Part shown: positions 28,477 to 41,115 of the stretch, piece after piece
How positions within the stretch are numbered: position 1 is the stretch's first letter
Layout of the letters: the number at the start of each line of letters is the position of its first letter
Origin: an uncultured Gammaproteobacteria bacterium
GTDB taxonomy: Bacteria > Patescibacteriota > Microgenomatia > Daviesbacterales > UBA10151
Assembly: GCA_964390595.1 (NCBI GenBank)
Contig: CAYMIA010000003.1
Span: 17,727-81,726 of the forward strand
DNA length: 64,000 nt
Reading direction: 5' to 3'
The notes under the pieces: generated by a model
Seen by the model: the letters and a program-made list of their open reading frames with translations, nothing else
Databases searched by the model: none
What the model was told of the DNA's origin: nothing
Program-made: the position numbers and the translations under genes

Positions 28477-29409
28477 TTAATCAACAGTCTGATCCTTCAA
28501 GTAGGCTAAACGCACGGCGATATGATTTTCAACTAACTTTCTATCCCTTGATTGATATAAAACATCCGCGCTCTGTCGACTTTGGCAAAAGCCATTTATC
28601 AAAACTGGCATCTGTTCATCAACGGCCTCCCCGGTTATTTTAACCCCAAACTTTTGATGTAAATACGCCAACTCTGAAGCTGAAGCACTTAATACATAAT
28701 ATTTTTTAGCTTTTTTAGCATATTCTAAAATCAGTCCAACCTGGTCTGGTCTAACTTTGGTAACCAGTTGTGCAAATTGTTCAAAATCCCACCATTTTAA
28801 GTTCCCCTGATCGTAAAGTTTTTGCAACCCAAAATTAGTATAGGCATCATCAATATTATCCAGATATTTTAAAGACCCATCTGGTCCAGGACCAAAATTA
28901 ATCGATAAACCATCTAAGTCTAAAGGTAACCCACTGGCGATCCATTCGGTCATTAAATGAAAAAATACACTAGGTGGCCAAGATCCAGAATATGATCTAG
29001 CAACCAAACGCTCCCTATCCCCATTTGGTAACAGATAAGTGCGATAACTACCTTCTCCCTGATAAATTCTCTCCCTCACCGTCCCACCTGGTAACAGCTT
29101 CCCGTCTGGAGTAAGTGATGCGCTAAAAGATCCATGAAATTTCGGAAAAAAATCGGGATACAAACCATGTAAGACTTGGTGAGCATAAAATTCAAACTTA
29201 GCATCCAAAGGATCCCTGGCAAAGCGTCCTGAGTAGTCTAATGCAAAGACTTTTTTGTCATCTAACGCTAGCACTGCCGAGTAATCACCTATCCCAATTA
29301 AAGGCAAATTAAATTCGCGGCTTTTATCCAAGAACTGATATTTTAGATCTGAATATCCTGGCCCAATCAATAACTCACTTGCAAATTCGGGAACTTGAAT
29401 CTCATTCAT
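28477..29409 (-). CDS. Hypothetical protein, possible atypical protein-kinase-like fold
   Basis: GIGDYSAV Gly-loop, DGLSIN (DxxxxN) followed by KYLD. Confidence 0.6.
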   Translation of the reverse strand: MNEIQVPEFASELLIGPGYSDLKYQFLDKSREFNLPLIGIGDYSAVLALDDKKVFALDYSGRFARDPLDAKFEFYAHQVLHGLYPDFFPKFHGSFSASLTPDGKLLPGGTVRERIYQGEGSYRTYLLPNGDRERLVARSYSGSWPPSVFFHLMTEWIASGLPLDLDGLSINFGPGPDGSLKYLDNIDDAYTNFGLQKLYDQGNLKWWDFEQFAQLVTKVRPDQVGLILEYAKKAKKYYVLSASASELAYLHQKFGVKITGEAVDEQMPVLINGFCQSRQSADVLYQSRDRKLVENHIAVRLAYLKDQTVD

Positions 29410-30257
29410 TTGGCTTGGATTAAAGATTTAAAAAGCGTGACATTTTCTTTGTCCGGACCATTATCTGCAAACCCGGGCACCTCTAGGATAAAAGGAATAT
29501 TGCTAAGTTTTGGATGGTTGACCATGTTCTCAAACCCTTCCATGCCAATCAAACCTTCACCAATATTCTCATGCCTGTCCCGGTTGGATTTATATTCAGT
29601 TTTAGAATCATTGGCATGGATCGCCACTAAGTTTTGTAGTCCAATCTCCTGATCAAACTCTTCTAAAACATCCTGCAACCCCACTAAAGTTTTAACATCA
29701 TACCCAGCCGCAAAAGCATGTTGAGTATCCAGGCAAACTTTGAGCCTTGGGTCATTGACTGTCTTTAGAATTTTCCCAAACTCCGAAAAACTTGATCCGA
29801 CTGCTCCTCCTGCCCCAGCAGAATTCTCTAAAATTAACTGAATGTTGTCATCCTTGACCCGATTGAGGATCTCAACTAGGCTTTGGACAATCTGCTTTTC
29901 CACAGTCTCAAATCCCGCACCCTTATGGGACCCAGGATGAAATATGACCCCTTGCACACCTAACTTGACTGCCATATTCAGGGCATAAATCAGCCAATCA
30001 ATACTTTTTTGGACATGGACAGGATTAGTACTTGCTAGGTTAATTAAATAAGTGCCATGAATAAAATTTGGCCCAATTCCAGCCTCTTTAATCTTTAATC
30101 TGTAATCATTAATCTCTTGATCAGAGTGCTTGTTTTGAAACCACTGCTGGGGTGGTGAAATAAAAATCTGGGTACACTCCGCCCCAATCTCCTGGGCTTT
30201 TGCCACACTTCTTGACAGCTCAACCGCTGCACTAACATGCGCTCCAATCTTTGGCAT
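29406..30257 (-). CDS. nfo: Endonuclease IV
   Basis: IGAHVS, HGTYLINLAS, HPGS, LENSAG, CLDTQH, HANDSK, DRHENIG. Start moved to MPKIG, with TATACT 6 nt upstream. Confidence 0.95.
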   Translation of the reverse strand: MPKIGAHVSAAVELSRSVAKAQEIGAECTQIFISPPQQWFQNKHSDQEINDYRLKIKEAGIGPNFIHGTYLINLASTNPVHVQKSIDWLIYALNMAVKLGVQGVIFHPGSHKGAGFETVEKQIVQSLVEILNRVKDDNIQLILENSAGAGGAVGSSFSEFGKILKTVNDPRLKVCLDTQHAFAAGYDVKTLVGLQDVLEEFDQEIGLQNLVAIHANDSKTEYKSNRDRHENIGEGLIGMEGFENMVNHPKLSNIPFILEVPGFADNGPDKENVTLFKSLIQAK

Positions 30258-30271
30258 GACAAGAGTATATA

Positions 30272-31039
30272 CTACTCCGTAGTCCTTCTCCAAGCCGGTT
30301 TTATGTCAATAATATTTCTCATTGCTTGGGGTACATCAATTGTGTCTGGTAAGTTATACCTATCCAGTAGGCGGCCGGCAAATAATCTTCCCCGTCTTGA
30401 ATGAAAATTAACAGCTACCTCCTCTTGTCTGCTCGAAGGAAATAATTCTGCATTCCAAGCTATTAATCTCTCATCACCGTACTTGAAATTCATAATTAAA
30501 TCTTGCCGATCTGACCTTGTTTGAGATATTGGTTCATCAAATAAGATGCCTGGCCGTGTAGTTTGAACTAATCTCCTAATCTTGCCGTGTCTAGAATTAA
30601 TGTTCATGTAAGTTACGTCTGATTCGTCAAGTGCCCAACCCATCGACATACATCTGATTTCATCAAACTTACCCACAGTAGTCATTATCATCATTCCATC
30701 AGGAGCACCAACTGGAGTACCAATATGACTCTTGTGGACTATTCTGACCCAACTAACTGTTCCGAATTCAGAAGGCATTTCATATTCCAAATCATTTATC
30801 AAATAAATACCATCTCCTTGATCTGTGTGGACCACAAATTCTGGAGACACATAAAGACCGCTCCTTTTTAAAAGAAAACGGGCATTTAGTTGTTCAGGCG
30901 TTAAACCCGTTTGTTCTTGAAACTTAACATACCAGTCTTTCATCCATTGGTGGGCCTCTCCCAAGGCTTTTTGGGTTTCAGCTAAATTTTCCGCTAGCGT
31001 GCCTCCATAGGGAGAAAGTGTATCTTTTTCACCTGCCAT
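30272..31039 (-). CDS. Hypothetical protein
   Basis: Long ORF; start moved to MAGEKD behind a TGnTACAAT extended -10. Confidence 0.65.
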   Translation of the reverse strand: MAGEKDTLSPYGGTLAENLAETQKALGEAHQWMKDWYVKFQEQTGLTPEQLNARFLLKRSGLYVSPEFVVHTDQGDGIYLINDLEYEMPSEFGTVSWVRIVHKSHIGTPVGAPDGMMIMTTVGKFDEIRCMSMGWALDESDVTYMNINSRHGKIRRLVQTTRPGILFDEPISQTRSDRQDLIMNFKYGDERLIAWNAELFPSSRQEEVAVNFHSRRGRLFAGRLLDRYNLPDTIDVPQAMRNIIDIKPAWRRTTE

Positions 31040-31088
31040 AACGAGCGCATTGTAGCACAATTTGGTTTTTTTGTGATATTATGCTTCC

Positions 31089-31877
31089 ATGGCCAAAAAT
31101 GGCGAGTCTGACAATATCATTGAAGTCAAAAAATTAATCAAAAAATTTGGTGATTTTAGTGCGGTGAAGAATATCTCATTTGAGGTTAAACGGGGTGAAT
31201 TATTTGGCATTTTAGGCCCTAATGGCGCAGGCAAAACAACAACTCTAGAAATTATGGAAACCCTGCAAAAACAAACCGATGGTGAGGTCATAATTGACGG
31301 ATTAAATACCTTAGAACATGCTTGGGAAGTTAAACAGCGCATTGGCGTCCAATTGCAGCAATCGGGATTTTACCCGGAGCTAACTCTAATTGATCTGCTT
31401 AATATGTTTGCAGCCATGTATGGCTTAAATATCAATCCATTGGAAATGCTCAAAAAAGTTGACCTAGCAGACAAGAAAAAAAGTTTTTTCCAACAACTAT
31501 CTGGAGGTCAAAAGCAGCGCTTCTCGATCATCTCCACTCTAATTAATCAACCCAAAGTCATCTTCCTTGATGAACCAACAACCGGACTTGATCCTCAAGC
31601 CAGAATGAATCTTTGGGACATGATTGAAATCATCAAAAAAGAGGGTGTCACTATTGTAATGACCACTCATTATATGGAAGAAGCTGAAAGACTGTGTGAC
31701 CGCCTAGCAATTATGGATTCAGGCAAGATTGTTACAATCGGGACGCCCCACAAATTAATCGATGATTTGCTGAAAACTGGTTTCAAAAGGCCAGCCATCA
31801 GAAAACATGCTACCCTAGAGGATGTCTTTATTCATCTGACTGGCAAAAATCTCAAAGAGGAGGCGCCTAGTATCTAA
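31089..31877 (+). CDS. ABC-2 type exporter ATP-binding protein
   Basis: GPNGAGKTT, LSGGQKQR, FLDEPTTGLD, TTHYMEEA. Confidence 0.95.
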   Translation: MAKNGESDNIIEVKKLIKKFGDFSAVKNISFEVKRGELFGILGPNGAGKTTTLEIMETLQKQTDGEVIIDGLNTLEHAWEVKQRIGVQLQQSGFYPELTLIDLLNMFAAMYGLNINPLEMLKKVDLADKKKSFFQQLSGGQKQRFSIISTLINQPKVIFLDEPTTGLDPQARMNLWDMIEIIKKEGVTIVMTTHYMEEAERLCDRLAIMDSGKIVTIGTPHKLIDDLLKTGFKRPAIRKHATLEDVFIHLTGKNLKEEAPSI

Positions 31878-32986
31878 TGGAAACAGTTAAAAACAAACCA
31901 GTGAGTCAACTCCGGGCTTATGCCACAATCGCTTGGTATACTTTCCTAGCTTCTGCTAGATCAAGAGGGACTTTTATTTTTGGATTTATTTTTCCAATTG
32001 TTTTTATTGGCATTTTTGGACTTATAGGCGGAAGTGGCCAAAAATATAATGTAGGGCTTGTCAAAACAGACCAATTTGCTCAAACTCCAGTCTACCAGGC
32101 TCTTTCAGGAAACCCAGCCTTTAATTTTAAAGATCAACCGGAGCCAGAGTTAGAAAAACAGTTAAAACTAGGTAAAATTGACGGAATCATTAAGGGAGAT
32201 GTTATCTCTGTTGATCCGCCTAAGTACTCAGTTACCACAATCACTACCTCTGGTAACCCAATGGGTGCTGCTGCTGTCAGTACTATCGTCTCTGGAATAG
32301 TCGATAAATTTAATTTGCAACTAGCTGGCGTAGCAGAGCCACCTATTAGTCTAAATAATATGGAGATTTCTGGCCGGAAGTTTAGATTTATTGACTTTGC
32401 TCTCCCAGGTCAGATCGGTTTTTCTATCCTCTCAACTGCTATTTTTTCAACTGTTTTTGGGTTTATTGCGCTAAAGCGAATGCTGGTTCTAAAAAGAATG
32501 TTTGCCACCCCAACGAGACCTATCACCATTTTGCTTGCTCAAGCTAGCAGCCGTTTGGTTTTTGCACTTCTGCAAACAGCTCTGATCCTAATAGTTGGAG
32601 TTTTAGTTTTTCATTTTTATCTACCTCATGGTTGGGTAACTTTTTTTGAAATGTTACTTTTGTCGACCATCGGACTGATCGCCTTTCTGGGATTTGGATT
32701 TTTCATCGCTGGACTGGCCAATGACGAAAACGCTGCTGGGCCACTAGTTAACTTAATTACATTGCCTCAATTTCTTTTGTCTGGCACCTTTTTCTCAACA
32801 GAAAGTTTCCCCAATTGGCTTCAGCCAATTGCCAATAATCTACCGCTCTCCTACTTTAATATCGCTGCTAGAAAAATCGCGACCGAAGGCGCCAGCATGG
32901 TTGAAGTCCTCCCCTACTTAGTGGGCATCCTCGCTTGGGGAGCTGTCATGTATTTCCTCGCCACCCGCACCTTCAAGTGGGAGTAA
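31877..32986 (+). CDS. ABC-2 type exporter permease
   Basis: 6 TM helices, LKRMFATP, LSGTFF...P.WLQ.IA..LPL. Confidence 0.92.
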   Translation: METVKNKPVSQLRAYATIAWYTFLASARSRGTFIFGFIFPIVFIGIFGLIGGSGQKYNVGLVKTDQFAQTPVYQALSGNPAFNFKDQPEPELEKQLKLGKIDGIIKGDVISVDPPKYSVTTITTSGNPMGAAAVSTIVSGIVDKFNLQLAGVAEPPISLNNMEISGRKFRFIDFALPGQIGFSILSTAIFSTVFGFIALKRMLVLKRMFATPTRPITILLAQASSRLVFALLQTALILIVGVLVFHFYLPHGWVTFFEMLLLSTIGLIAFLGFGFFIAGLANDENAAGPLVNLITLPQFLLSGTFFSTESFPNWLQPIANNLPLSYFNIAARKIATEGASMVEVLPYLVGILAWGAVMYFLATRTFKWE

Positions 32987-33165
32987 TCTTTTAATAAAAA
33001 TTTTCCTAAGTTCATAATATTCATTAGCTGATTCTTTTAAAAACTGGTTCATGTGGCTTTGAGCGATCCGAAGAGCGGGGAAACCCCCTCGTCAAACAAG
33101 TCATTGAAATTTTCAATCATGCATGCAAATTCTAAAGGCCAGTAGGTCAAAAGGCAAATTAAGGG

Positions 33166-33369
33166 TTAAATTGGTTTGCCGGCGAGGCCGTAGTACATTA
33201 AGTCTTTAACAAAGCCAATCGCCTGATATGGCCAAGTAAAGACCACCGCGTAAAACCCTGGACTAAAGTAGCCCAATATCTCCCAGTGGTAATAAATAGC
33301 AAAACTAATTGCAAATAAAATTCCGAGAAGAAAGTAAATAATAAAAAACACTGATATCTTTTTACTCAT
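33166..33369 (-). CDS. Small 2-TM hypothetical membrane protein
   Basis: 67 aa, hydrophobic; TATACT 6 nt upstream of the ATG. Confidence 0.65.
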   Translation of the reverse strand: MSKKISVFFIIYFLLGILFAISFAIYYHWEILGYFSPGFYAVVFTWPYQAIGFVKDLMYYGLAGKPI

Positions 33370-33390
33370 GAATCAAGTATATCGTCCCCA

Positions 33391-33418
33391 TATACTACAT
33401 ACCATATACTAAATACTA
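33391..33418. repeat. Imperfect heptamer tandem repeat (TATACTA CATACCA TATACTA AATACTA) overlapping the gyrA stop codon
   Basis: Read directly from the sequence. Confidence 0.6.
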
Positions 33419-36082
33419 CTCTGATGCGCCTTCAGCGGCCTTTTTCTCAATTTCAGCCTCAGAGATCTCTTTTGAGGACACTACAGTTGCTGCCACCACC
33501 GCTTCCCCACCTCTCATTCTCATTAAAATGACACCTTGAGTCTGTCTTTGCAAAGTTGGGACATCTTTAATATTTAGCTTAATCAGTTGGCCCTTGTTAG
33601 ATGTCAGAACCAATGTATCGGCCTCTTCATCAACTATTTGAGCAGTTACAATCTGGCCAGTTTTGTCAGTCACCTGAGCTGCTTTGATTCCAGATCCGCC
33701 CCTACCCTGCTTTTTCCAAGCCACAATTTTTGTTTTCTTACCTAAACCGTTCTCCATCACCACCAACACATCTCTATTGTCATCTTTGACCAAATTCATC
33801 GACACAACTTCATCCCCCTTCTCAAGCATAATCCCTCTGACTCCGGAGGTATCCCGGTGGGTTCCCCGGACTTGAGACTCAGAGAAACGGATTGACTGTC
33901 CCCTTCTGGAAATAATAATGACATCATCGTTGCCAAATGTTGGCACCACCCATCTAAGTTGATCTCCTGCATCCAGATTAATAGAGATTAAGCCATTTTT
34001 ACGGATATTAGCGTACTCTTCAATTGCTGTCTTTTTAACATTTCCCTGTTTGGTACACATAAAGAGGAATTTAGTTGGATCCTTCACCCGGTTAGTCAAA
34101 ATTGCTGTCACCTTCTCACCTTGCTCAACGTTTACCAAATTAACAACTGCTTGACCTTTGGCGATTCTGGAGGACTCAGGAATCTCCCAAACTTTAATCT
34201 GGAAAACCCGGCCGCGGTCAGTAAAAAATAAGATATTATCCAAAGTTTTAGTATAGAAAATATGCGATACTGCATCTTCTTCTTTGGTGGTCATTCCGGA
34301 GACACCTTTGCCACCTCTATTCTGAGTTCTGAATGTGCTAGGAGCCTGTCTTTTGATATATCCATTCTCAGTTATTGTCACAATAGTTGTTTCATCAGCG
34401 ACCAAATCTTCTTCTGAAAACTCCCCCACTTTCTGTTTATAAACCCGGGTTCTTCTCTCTCCTCCATATTTTTCTTTGATCCTCAAAATCTCTTCCTTGA
34501 TCACCTGCAAAATCTTTTCCGGGTGTGCTAATAAATCTTCCAAATAGGCGATCTCTTCTCTGATCATTCTCAGTTCATCTTCGATCTTTTGGCGTTCCAA
34601 AGCAGCCAACCGCCTCAGCTGCATATCTAAAATTGCAACTGCCTGAAGTTCTGACAGCTTAAATTTCTCCATCAAGTTAACCTTAGCCTCTTCTTGGTCT
34701 TTAGAAGCGCGGATGGTTTGAATGACTGCATCGATATTATCTACCGCGATCTTTAATCCTTCCAAGATATGTTCTCTATTTCTGGCCTCAAGCAGATCGT
34801 ATTCACTACGCCTCCTCACTATCACCTGTCTGTGACGGATAAACTCCTCAAGAATTCTTTTAAGTGGCATTGTATGGGGCACTCCATCAGAGAGTGCAAC
34901 CATATTGACATTAAAAACTGACTGCAACGCAGTATGTTTGTAGAGATTGTTTAGAACTGATTGGGGCTTGGCATCACGCTTTAGTTCAATTGTAATCCTC
35001 ATCCCTTTTCGGTCTGACTCATCTCTTAAATCAGCGATACCCTCAATTTTTTTGTCTTTAACCAGGTCAGCAATCCGGCCAATTAATGTCGCCTTATTAA
35101 CTTGGTAAGGTAACTCCGTGACTATAATGTCAAACCGCCCACTTTTGGTTTCCTCAATCTCGGCTTTGGCCCGCATCACAATCCGCCCCTTGCCTGTAGC
35201 ATAAGCTAAGGTAATCTCTGAGGCATCATAAATTGAGGCTCCAGTTGGGAAATCAGGCCCCTTAATAAACTTCATCAAATCTTCGGTGGTAGCAACTGAA
35301 CTAAATTGATCTTGAATAATTCCAGCTGGATTCTCAGCATTGATAGCATGTAAAATTTCGACAGCATCAGTGCTTTCAGTCGGAGGACCAGCCACATCGT
35401 CCTTCCAGGCATTTAGCTCGGCCGCTTTACCCGACTTTTGATTATCAGACCTAGTTTGCATCCCTTGGGTATCTGGGTTATCGATCATATACAAAAGAGC
35501 CTCTGTCACTTCGCCTAAGTTATGAGGCGGAATTTGAGTGGCCATTCCGACAGCAATTCCTGAGGCACCATTGAGTAAAAGAGCTGGAATTTGAGTTGGC
35601 AGCAGCGATGGTTCAACTGTAGTGCCTGAGTAGTTATCGACAAAGTCAACAGTGTTTTTATTAATATCCCGTAGTAACTCATCAGCAATTGCCGAAAGCC
35701 GGGCCTCAGTATAACGCATTGCAGCTGGCGAATCTCCATCAACTGATCCAAAGTTTCCCTGCCCATCCACTAGCTGATATCTCATTGAAAAATCTTGAGC
35801 CATCCGCACCATCGCCTCGTAAACTGGCGCATCTCCATGAGGGTGATAATTTTTCAAAACCTCACCCACCACTGCAGCACTCTTTTGGTATCGGCTTGTG
35901 TGATGCAAATTTTGCTGGTGCATCGCATAAATAATCCTGCGCTGAACTGGTTTTAATCCATCCCGGACGTCTGGGAGCGCCCTGGCAACGATCACAGACA
36001 TCGCATAATCAAGATAAGATTTTTGCATTTCTGTGATGAGCTCGATCGGTTCTATTTTCCCAATATTATTTCCATCAGCCAT
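33416..36082 (-). CDS. gyrA: DNA gyrase subunit A
   Basis: [24 protein letters not shown] (catalytic Tyr), GyrA-box QNRGGKG, C-terminal pinwheel repeats. Confidence 0.97.
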   Translation of the reverse strand: MADGNNIGKIEPIELITEMQKSYLDYAMSVIVARALPDVRDGLKPVQRRIIYAMHQQNLHHTSRYQKSAAVVGEVLKNYHPHGDAPVYEAMVRMAQDFSMRYQLVDGQGNFGSVDGDSPAAMRYTEARLSAIADELLRDINKNTVDFVDNYSGTTVEPSLLPTQIPALLLNGASGIAVGMATQIPPHNLGEVTEALLYMIDNPDTQGMQTRSDNQKSGKAAELNAWKDDVAGPPTESTDAVEILHAINAENPAGIIQDQFSSVATTEDLMKFIKGPDFPTGASIYDASEITLAYATGKGRIVMRAKAEIEETKSGRFDIIVTELPYQVNKATLIGRIADLVKDKKIEGIADLRDESDRKGMRITIELKRDAKPQSVLNNLYKHTALQSVFNVNMVALSDGVPHTMPLKRILEEFIRHRQVIVRRRSEYDLLEARNREHILEGLKIAVDNIDAVIQTIRASKDQEEAKVNLMEKFKLSELQAVAILDMQLRRLAALERQKIEDELRMIREEIAYLEDLLAHPEKILQVIKEEILRIKEKYGGERRTRVYKQKVGEFSEEDLVADETTIVTITENGYIKRQAPSTFRTQNRGGKGVSGMTTKEEDAVSHIFYTKTLDNILFFTDRGRVFQIKVWEIPESSRIAKGQAVVNLVNVEQGEKVTAILTNRVKDPTKFLFMCTKQGNVKKTAIEEYANIRKNGLISINLDAGDQLRWVVPTFGNDDVIIISRRGQSIRFSESQVRGTHRDTSGVRGIMLEKGDEVVSMNLVKDDNRDVLVVMENGLGKKTKIVAWKKQGRGGSGIKAAQVTDKTGQIVTAQIVDEEADTLVLTSNKGQLIKLNIKDVPTLQRQTQGVILMRMRGGEAVVAATVVSSKEISEAEIEKKAAEGASE

Positions 36083-36162
36083 AATTGAAGATATAAAAAA
36101 TGCCTAAATAGGCTTAAGCCATTATACTGATTCTCCTATAATAGTGCAAGCTCAGTTTAAGG

Positions 36163-36591
36163 CTATTTGAAGTTTTTTTGGATGATCTCTGGATCAATTT
36201 GCAAGTAAAGACCAAGCTGGAAAATTGCTGCGGCAAGCAACTTATGGTTTATTAAATTTTCTCCTAAGGGATAAAAGATTTTGGTTTTTGAATAGTCTAA
36301 AATATTGGGATAATTTTTCTTATCTTTATCTTTTTGAAAGATCTCTAGCGCTTCCCTACTTGTGTGATCCTCTAAATTAACCAAAATCTGAGTCTGAGTC
36401 TGATAAAACCACTTTAACAGACTATCCTTACTTCCAGCCTCATCAGTGCAGACCAAAATATCAGTTACCTGAGCTGTATCCGCTACTTGAACTTGAACCG
36501 GAATCAATGAATTTTTAGCTAATTCACGGATCAATGGCTCAACTAATCCGCTATTTTTTCCATATATTGAAATCAAAATTTTTTGTGCCAT
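36163..36591 (-). CDS. Hypothetical protein, possibly a degenerate Mur-ligase central-domain fragment
   Basis: ISIYGKN, VNLED and LGENL...LLAAA...LQIDPEII loosely match Mur ligase middle-domain motifs. Confidence 0.55.
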   Translation of the reverse strand: MAQKILISIYGKNSGLVEPLIRELAKNSLIPVQVQVADTAQVTDILVCTDEAGSKDSLLKWFYQTQTQILVNLEDHTSREALEIFQKDKDKKNYPNILDYSKTKIFYPLGENLINHKLLAAAIFQLGLYLQIDPEIIQKNFK

Positions 36592-36640
36592 GTCTGTATT
36601 ATAACTGAATTAGTGAGCAAAATATGTTAATATTCATATT

Positions 36641-36880
36641 ATGGGACTATTTGCAGAGATCAGAAGTGCTATAGGTATGTATAATCAAATAGACACTGAA
36701 AATAAACAAATACAAGACGCTTTGGGCTTGATAGAAACCAATGCCACACCTGACGAAGATCTTAAAGGGTCCATGCGATTTGAACTAATCAGCCAAGTTG
36801 CAACTAGATGCCAAGGTGGCGATTGCGACTTCGATCCAGCTGATCTAGTTTTGGGTATTCTTAAAGCTCAAAAATCTTAA
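36641..36880 (+). CDS. Small hypothetical protein
   Basis: 79 aa; extended -10 TGnTAATAT lies 7 nt upstream. Confidence 0.55.
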   Translation: MGLFAEIRSAIGMYNQIDTENKQIQDALGLIETNATPDEDLKGSMRFELISQVATRCQGGDCDFDPADLVLGILKAQKS

Positions 36881-38226
36881 GCCGCCCGATATTCAATAAT
36901 CTGGCCACCCAAACCTTCTAAATTAGGAACAAAATTTTGGTACCCGCGATCAGCTTTGCTGATCTGTCTGATTTTAGATCGCCCGTTGGCCATCAAAGCT
37001 GCCTCAACATAAGCAAAAGCCCCTCTTAAATCTGGCACAGTCATCTCCATCCCCTTAAGTGGCGTTGGCCCCTTAATTCCAGCGCTATGCCAAAGATTGC
37101 CTTTTCTGAATCGGCATTCAGGTCCCTCCAAGCAATTTCTATATAGCTGAATATCTGCCCCCATTTCATTCAAAGTTTTAGTATATCCTAGTCGCTCTTC
37201 ATAAACAGTCTCATGAGCAATTGACAGACCCCTGGCTTGGGTTAGCAAAGTCACAAAAGGTTGTTGCCAATCCGTTCTAAATCCTGGATGGACGTCAGTT
37301 CTAAAAGCAGTCGGTTCTAAATCACCTTGTCTGTAGAAAATAATACTCTTGTCTGTAATATCAAATGATCCACCAATCTTGCGGTACATCATCAAAAAAT
37401 ACGATAAATCATCCTGTCTAGCATTCTCCACTTCAATCTGGCTTCCCTCAATTCCTGCTGCCAAGCAAGCCCAAGAAGCCGCTTCAATGGGGTCAGGCAT
37501 GACTGTATGGGTATAACCATTTAATTCATCAACCCCCTCGATTGTAATCGTTCGATCGGTATCGGTATAAATAATCGCGCCCATTTTTTGCAAAGCGCGA
37601 ATTAAATCAAAAATCTCCGGTTCCATCGCTGCATTTTTGATCTCTGTAACTCCATCTGCTAATACACCACCATTAATCCCTTGCTCAGTTGCTCCAACGC
37701 TCGGATAAGGTAATCGAATATTGGCACCCTTTAATCGCTTGGTCCTTAAAATCAAATTTCCAGCCTCTTCTTCAACCGTTGCGCCCATCTGCGTAAGTAA
37801 ATCGATATGAAAGTCGATCGGTCTTGAGCCAATATTACACCCTCCCAAACCGGGAGCCGTTACAGATCCCAAGCGATGAAGCATTGGCGCCCAGAGTAAA
37901 ACTGGAATTCGGCTTTTGTCCGCAAATTCATCAATCACCTCAAGCGGTGGTTGCTTTAACTCTCTGGCTGATATTTCAATCGCTGAAGGATCTTTATATC
38001 CATTGCCATTTTGAATTTTTTCCACGTTGACACCAAATGATCGCAGCAAATCCGTCATTATAAACAGATCTGAAACTTGAGGCACATTTCGCAAAACACA
38101 TTCGTCGGTTGTTAAAAGAGCTGCTACCATCTGTTTAGAAAAAGCATTTTTGGCTCCAGGAACTCTGACCTTGCCATTTAAGGGCCGGCCACCTTCGAGG
38201 ATTAAGTAATTACGATCGACTTCCAT
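36877..38226 (-). CDS. murA: UDP-N-acetylglucosamine 1-carboxyvinyltransferase
   Basis: GAKNA, GGCNIGSRPIDFH (active-site Cys), SVGAT, NAAMEPE, PGFRTDWQQ, PDLRG, DRGY. Confidence 0.96.
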   Translation of the reverse strand: MEVDRNYLILEGGRPLNGKVRVPGAKNAFSKQMVAALLTTDECVLRNVPQVSDLFIMTDLLRSFGVNVEKIQNGNGYKDPSAIEISARELKQPPLEVIDEFADKSRIPVLLWAPMLHRLGSVTAPGLGGCNIGSRPIDFHIDLLTQMGATVEEEAGNLILRTKRLKGANIRLPYPSVGATEQGINGGVLADGVTEIKNAAMEPEIFDLIRALQKMGAIIYTDTDRTITIEGVDELNGYTHTVMPDPIEAASWACLAAGIEGSQIEVENARQDDLSYFLMMYRKIGGSFDITDKSIIFYRQGDLEPTAFRTDVHPGFRTDWQQPFVTLLTQARGLSIAHETVYEERLGYTKTLNEMGADIQLYRNCLEGPECRFRKGNLWHSAGIKGPTPLKGMEMTVPDLRGAFAYVEAALMANGRSKIRQISKADRGYQNFVPNLEGLGGQIIEYRAA

Positions 38227-38251
38227 TTACAGATGTGGATTGTACCACAGA

Positions 38252-40312
<2,061 letters not shown>

Positions 40313-40398
40313 TCATTCCAAATTATGCAAGCTAAATAGCTTAGATTAGACTGCTACATCAACCTAAAATGCCCAGATATTACTACCCCTCAATCGTC

Positions 40399-41022
40399 CT
40401 ACATCATCTCTAGCATTAAATATTCTAGGATAGCTCTGATATTAACGTTGGATTCTTTCCACTCCTCGGCTTGGAGTAACTTTTGAGCAAATTGATACTT
40501 GCTGGGATCGGCAATCATTTTTTGTCTAAAGTAAGCGACCATTGCATCTAGAAAAACCTCTTTTTCCTCTAGTTTCTCAATAAAAGCGAATCGTTCAGCC
40601 TCAGATTTACCTATTAAACTGGCAATCTGATCAAAAAATTTAGAGTCCTCCTCTACTGCATCTTCTAGTTGGACAATCTGGCAGCGTGATAAAATAGTAG
40701 GTAAAAGCGCGCTAGTGCTGGCAGCTCCCAGTAAAATAACCGCTTGGTTTGGCGGCTCCTCTAAGATTTTAAGTAGCGCATTTTGGGCCTCGCGGGTTAA
40801 TTTATGAGCTGATTCTAAAACAACTACTCGCCCCAAAGCTGAATAGGGCCGAATACTTAAAAAAGAGCGGATTTGCTGACTTTGTTCAACTCCTAACTTC
40901 GCCTCATCTTCTATATATAATACGTCAGGATGTTTCCTTTGCAAGTTCAGGTCTTCTAAAACTTGATTTAGCGCCTCAACTCGGCCCAAAAGTGATTGAG
41001 AGATTATTATTTTGGCTATCAC
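40399..41022 (-). CDS. holB: DNA polymerase III delta' subunit (compact)
   Basis: HPDV, AQNALLKILEEPP, LLPTILSRC; probable GTG start at 41022. Confidence 0.82.
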   Translation of the reverse strand: MIAKIIISQSLLGRVEALNQVLEDLNLQRKHPDVLYIEDEAKLGVEQSQQIRSFLSIRPYSALGRVVVLESAHKLTREAQNALLKILEEPPNQAVILLGAASTSALLPTILSRCQIVQLEDAVEEDSKFFDQIASLIGKSEAERFAFIEKLEEKEVFLDAMVAYFRQKMIADPSKYQFAQKLLQAEEWKESNVNIRAILEYLMLEMM

Positions 41023-41048
41023 AAATAAGATTTGTACCATAGAACCAA

Positions 41049-41078
41049 TTGACACTACAACTACAAATTCGTGATAAT
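41049..41078 (+). promoter_or_regulatory. Probable pil operon promoter TTGACA-18-GATAAT
   Basis: Near-consensus elements upstream of pilB; a GC hairpin follows at about 41088-41107. Confidence 0.55.
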
Positions 41079-41115
41079 GAGAGCAAGGTCCGCTTAATTT
41101 AGCGGGCGACTGCCT

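Noticed and set aside
32987-33165. ncRNA/riboswitch or gene remnant between the ABC permease and the small membrane gene
   Set aside because: Only short hairpins (GGGGAAACCCC, TTGAAATTTTCAA) and broken minus-strand frames; no recognisable family.
35290-35470. Intein in GyrA
   Set aside because: Too short; no N-terminal Cys/Ser block and no C-terminal His-Asn.
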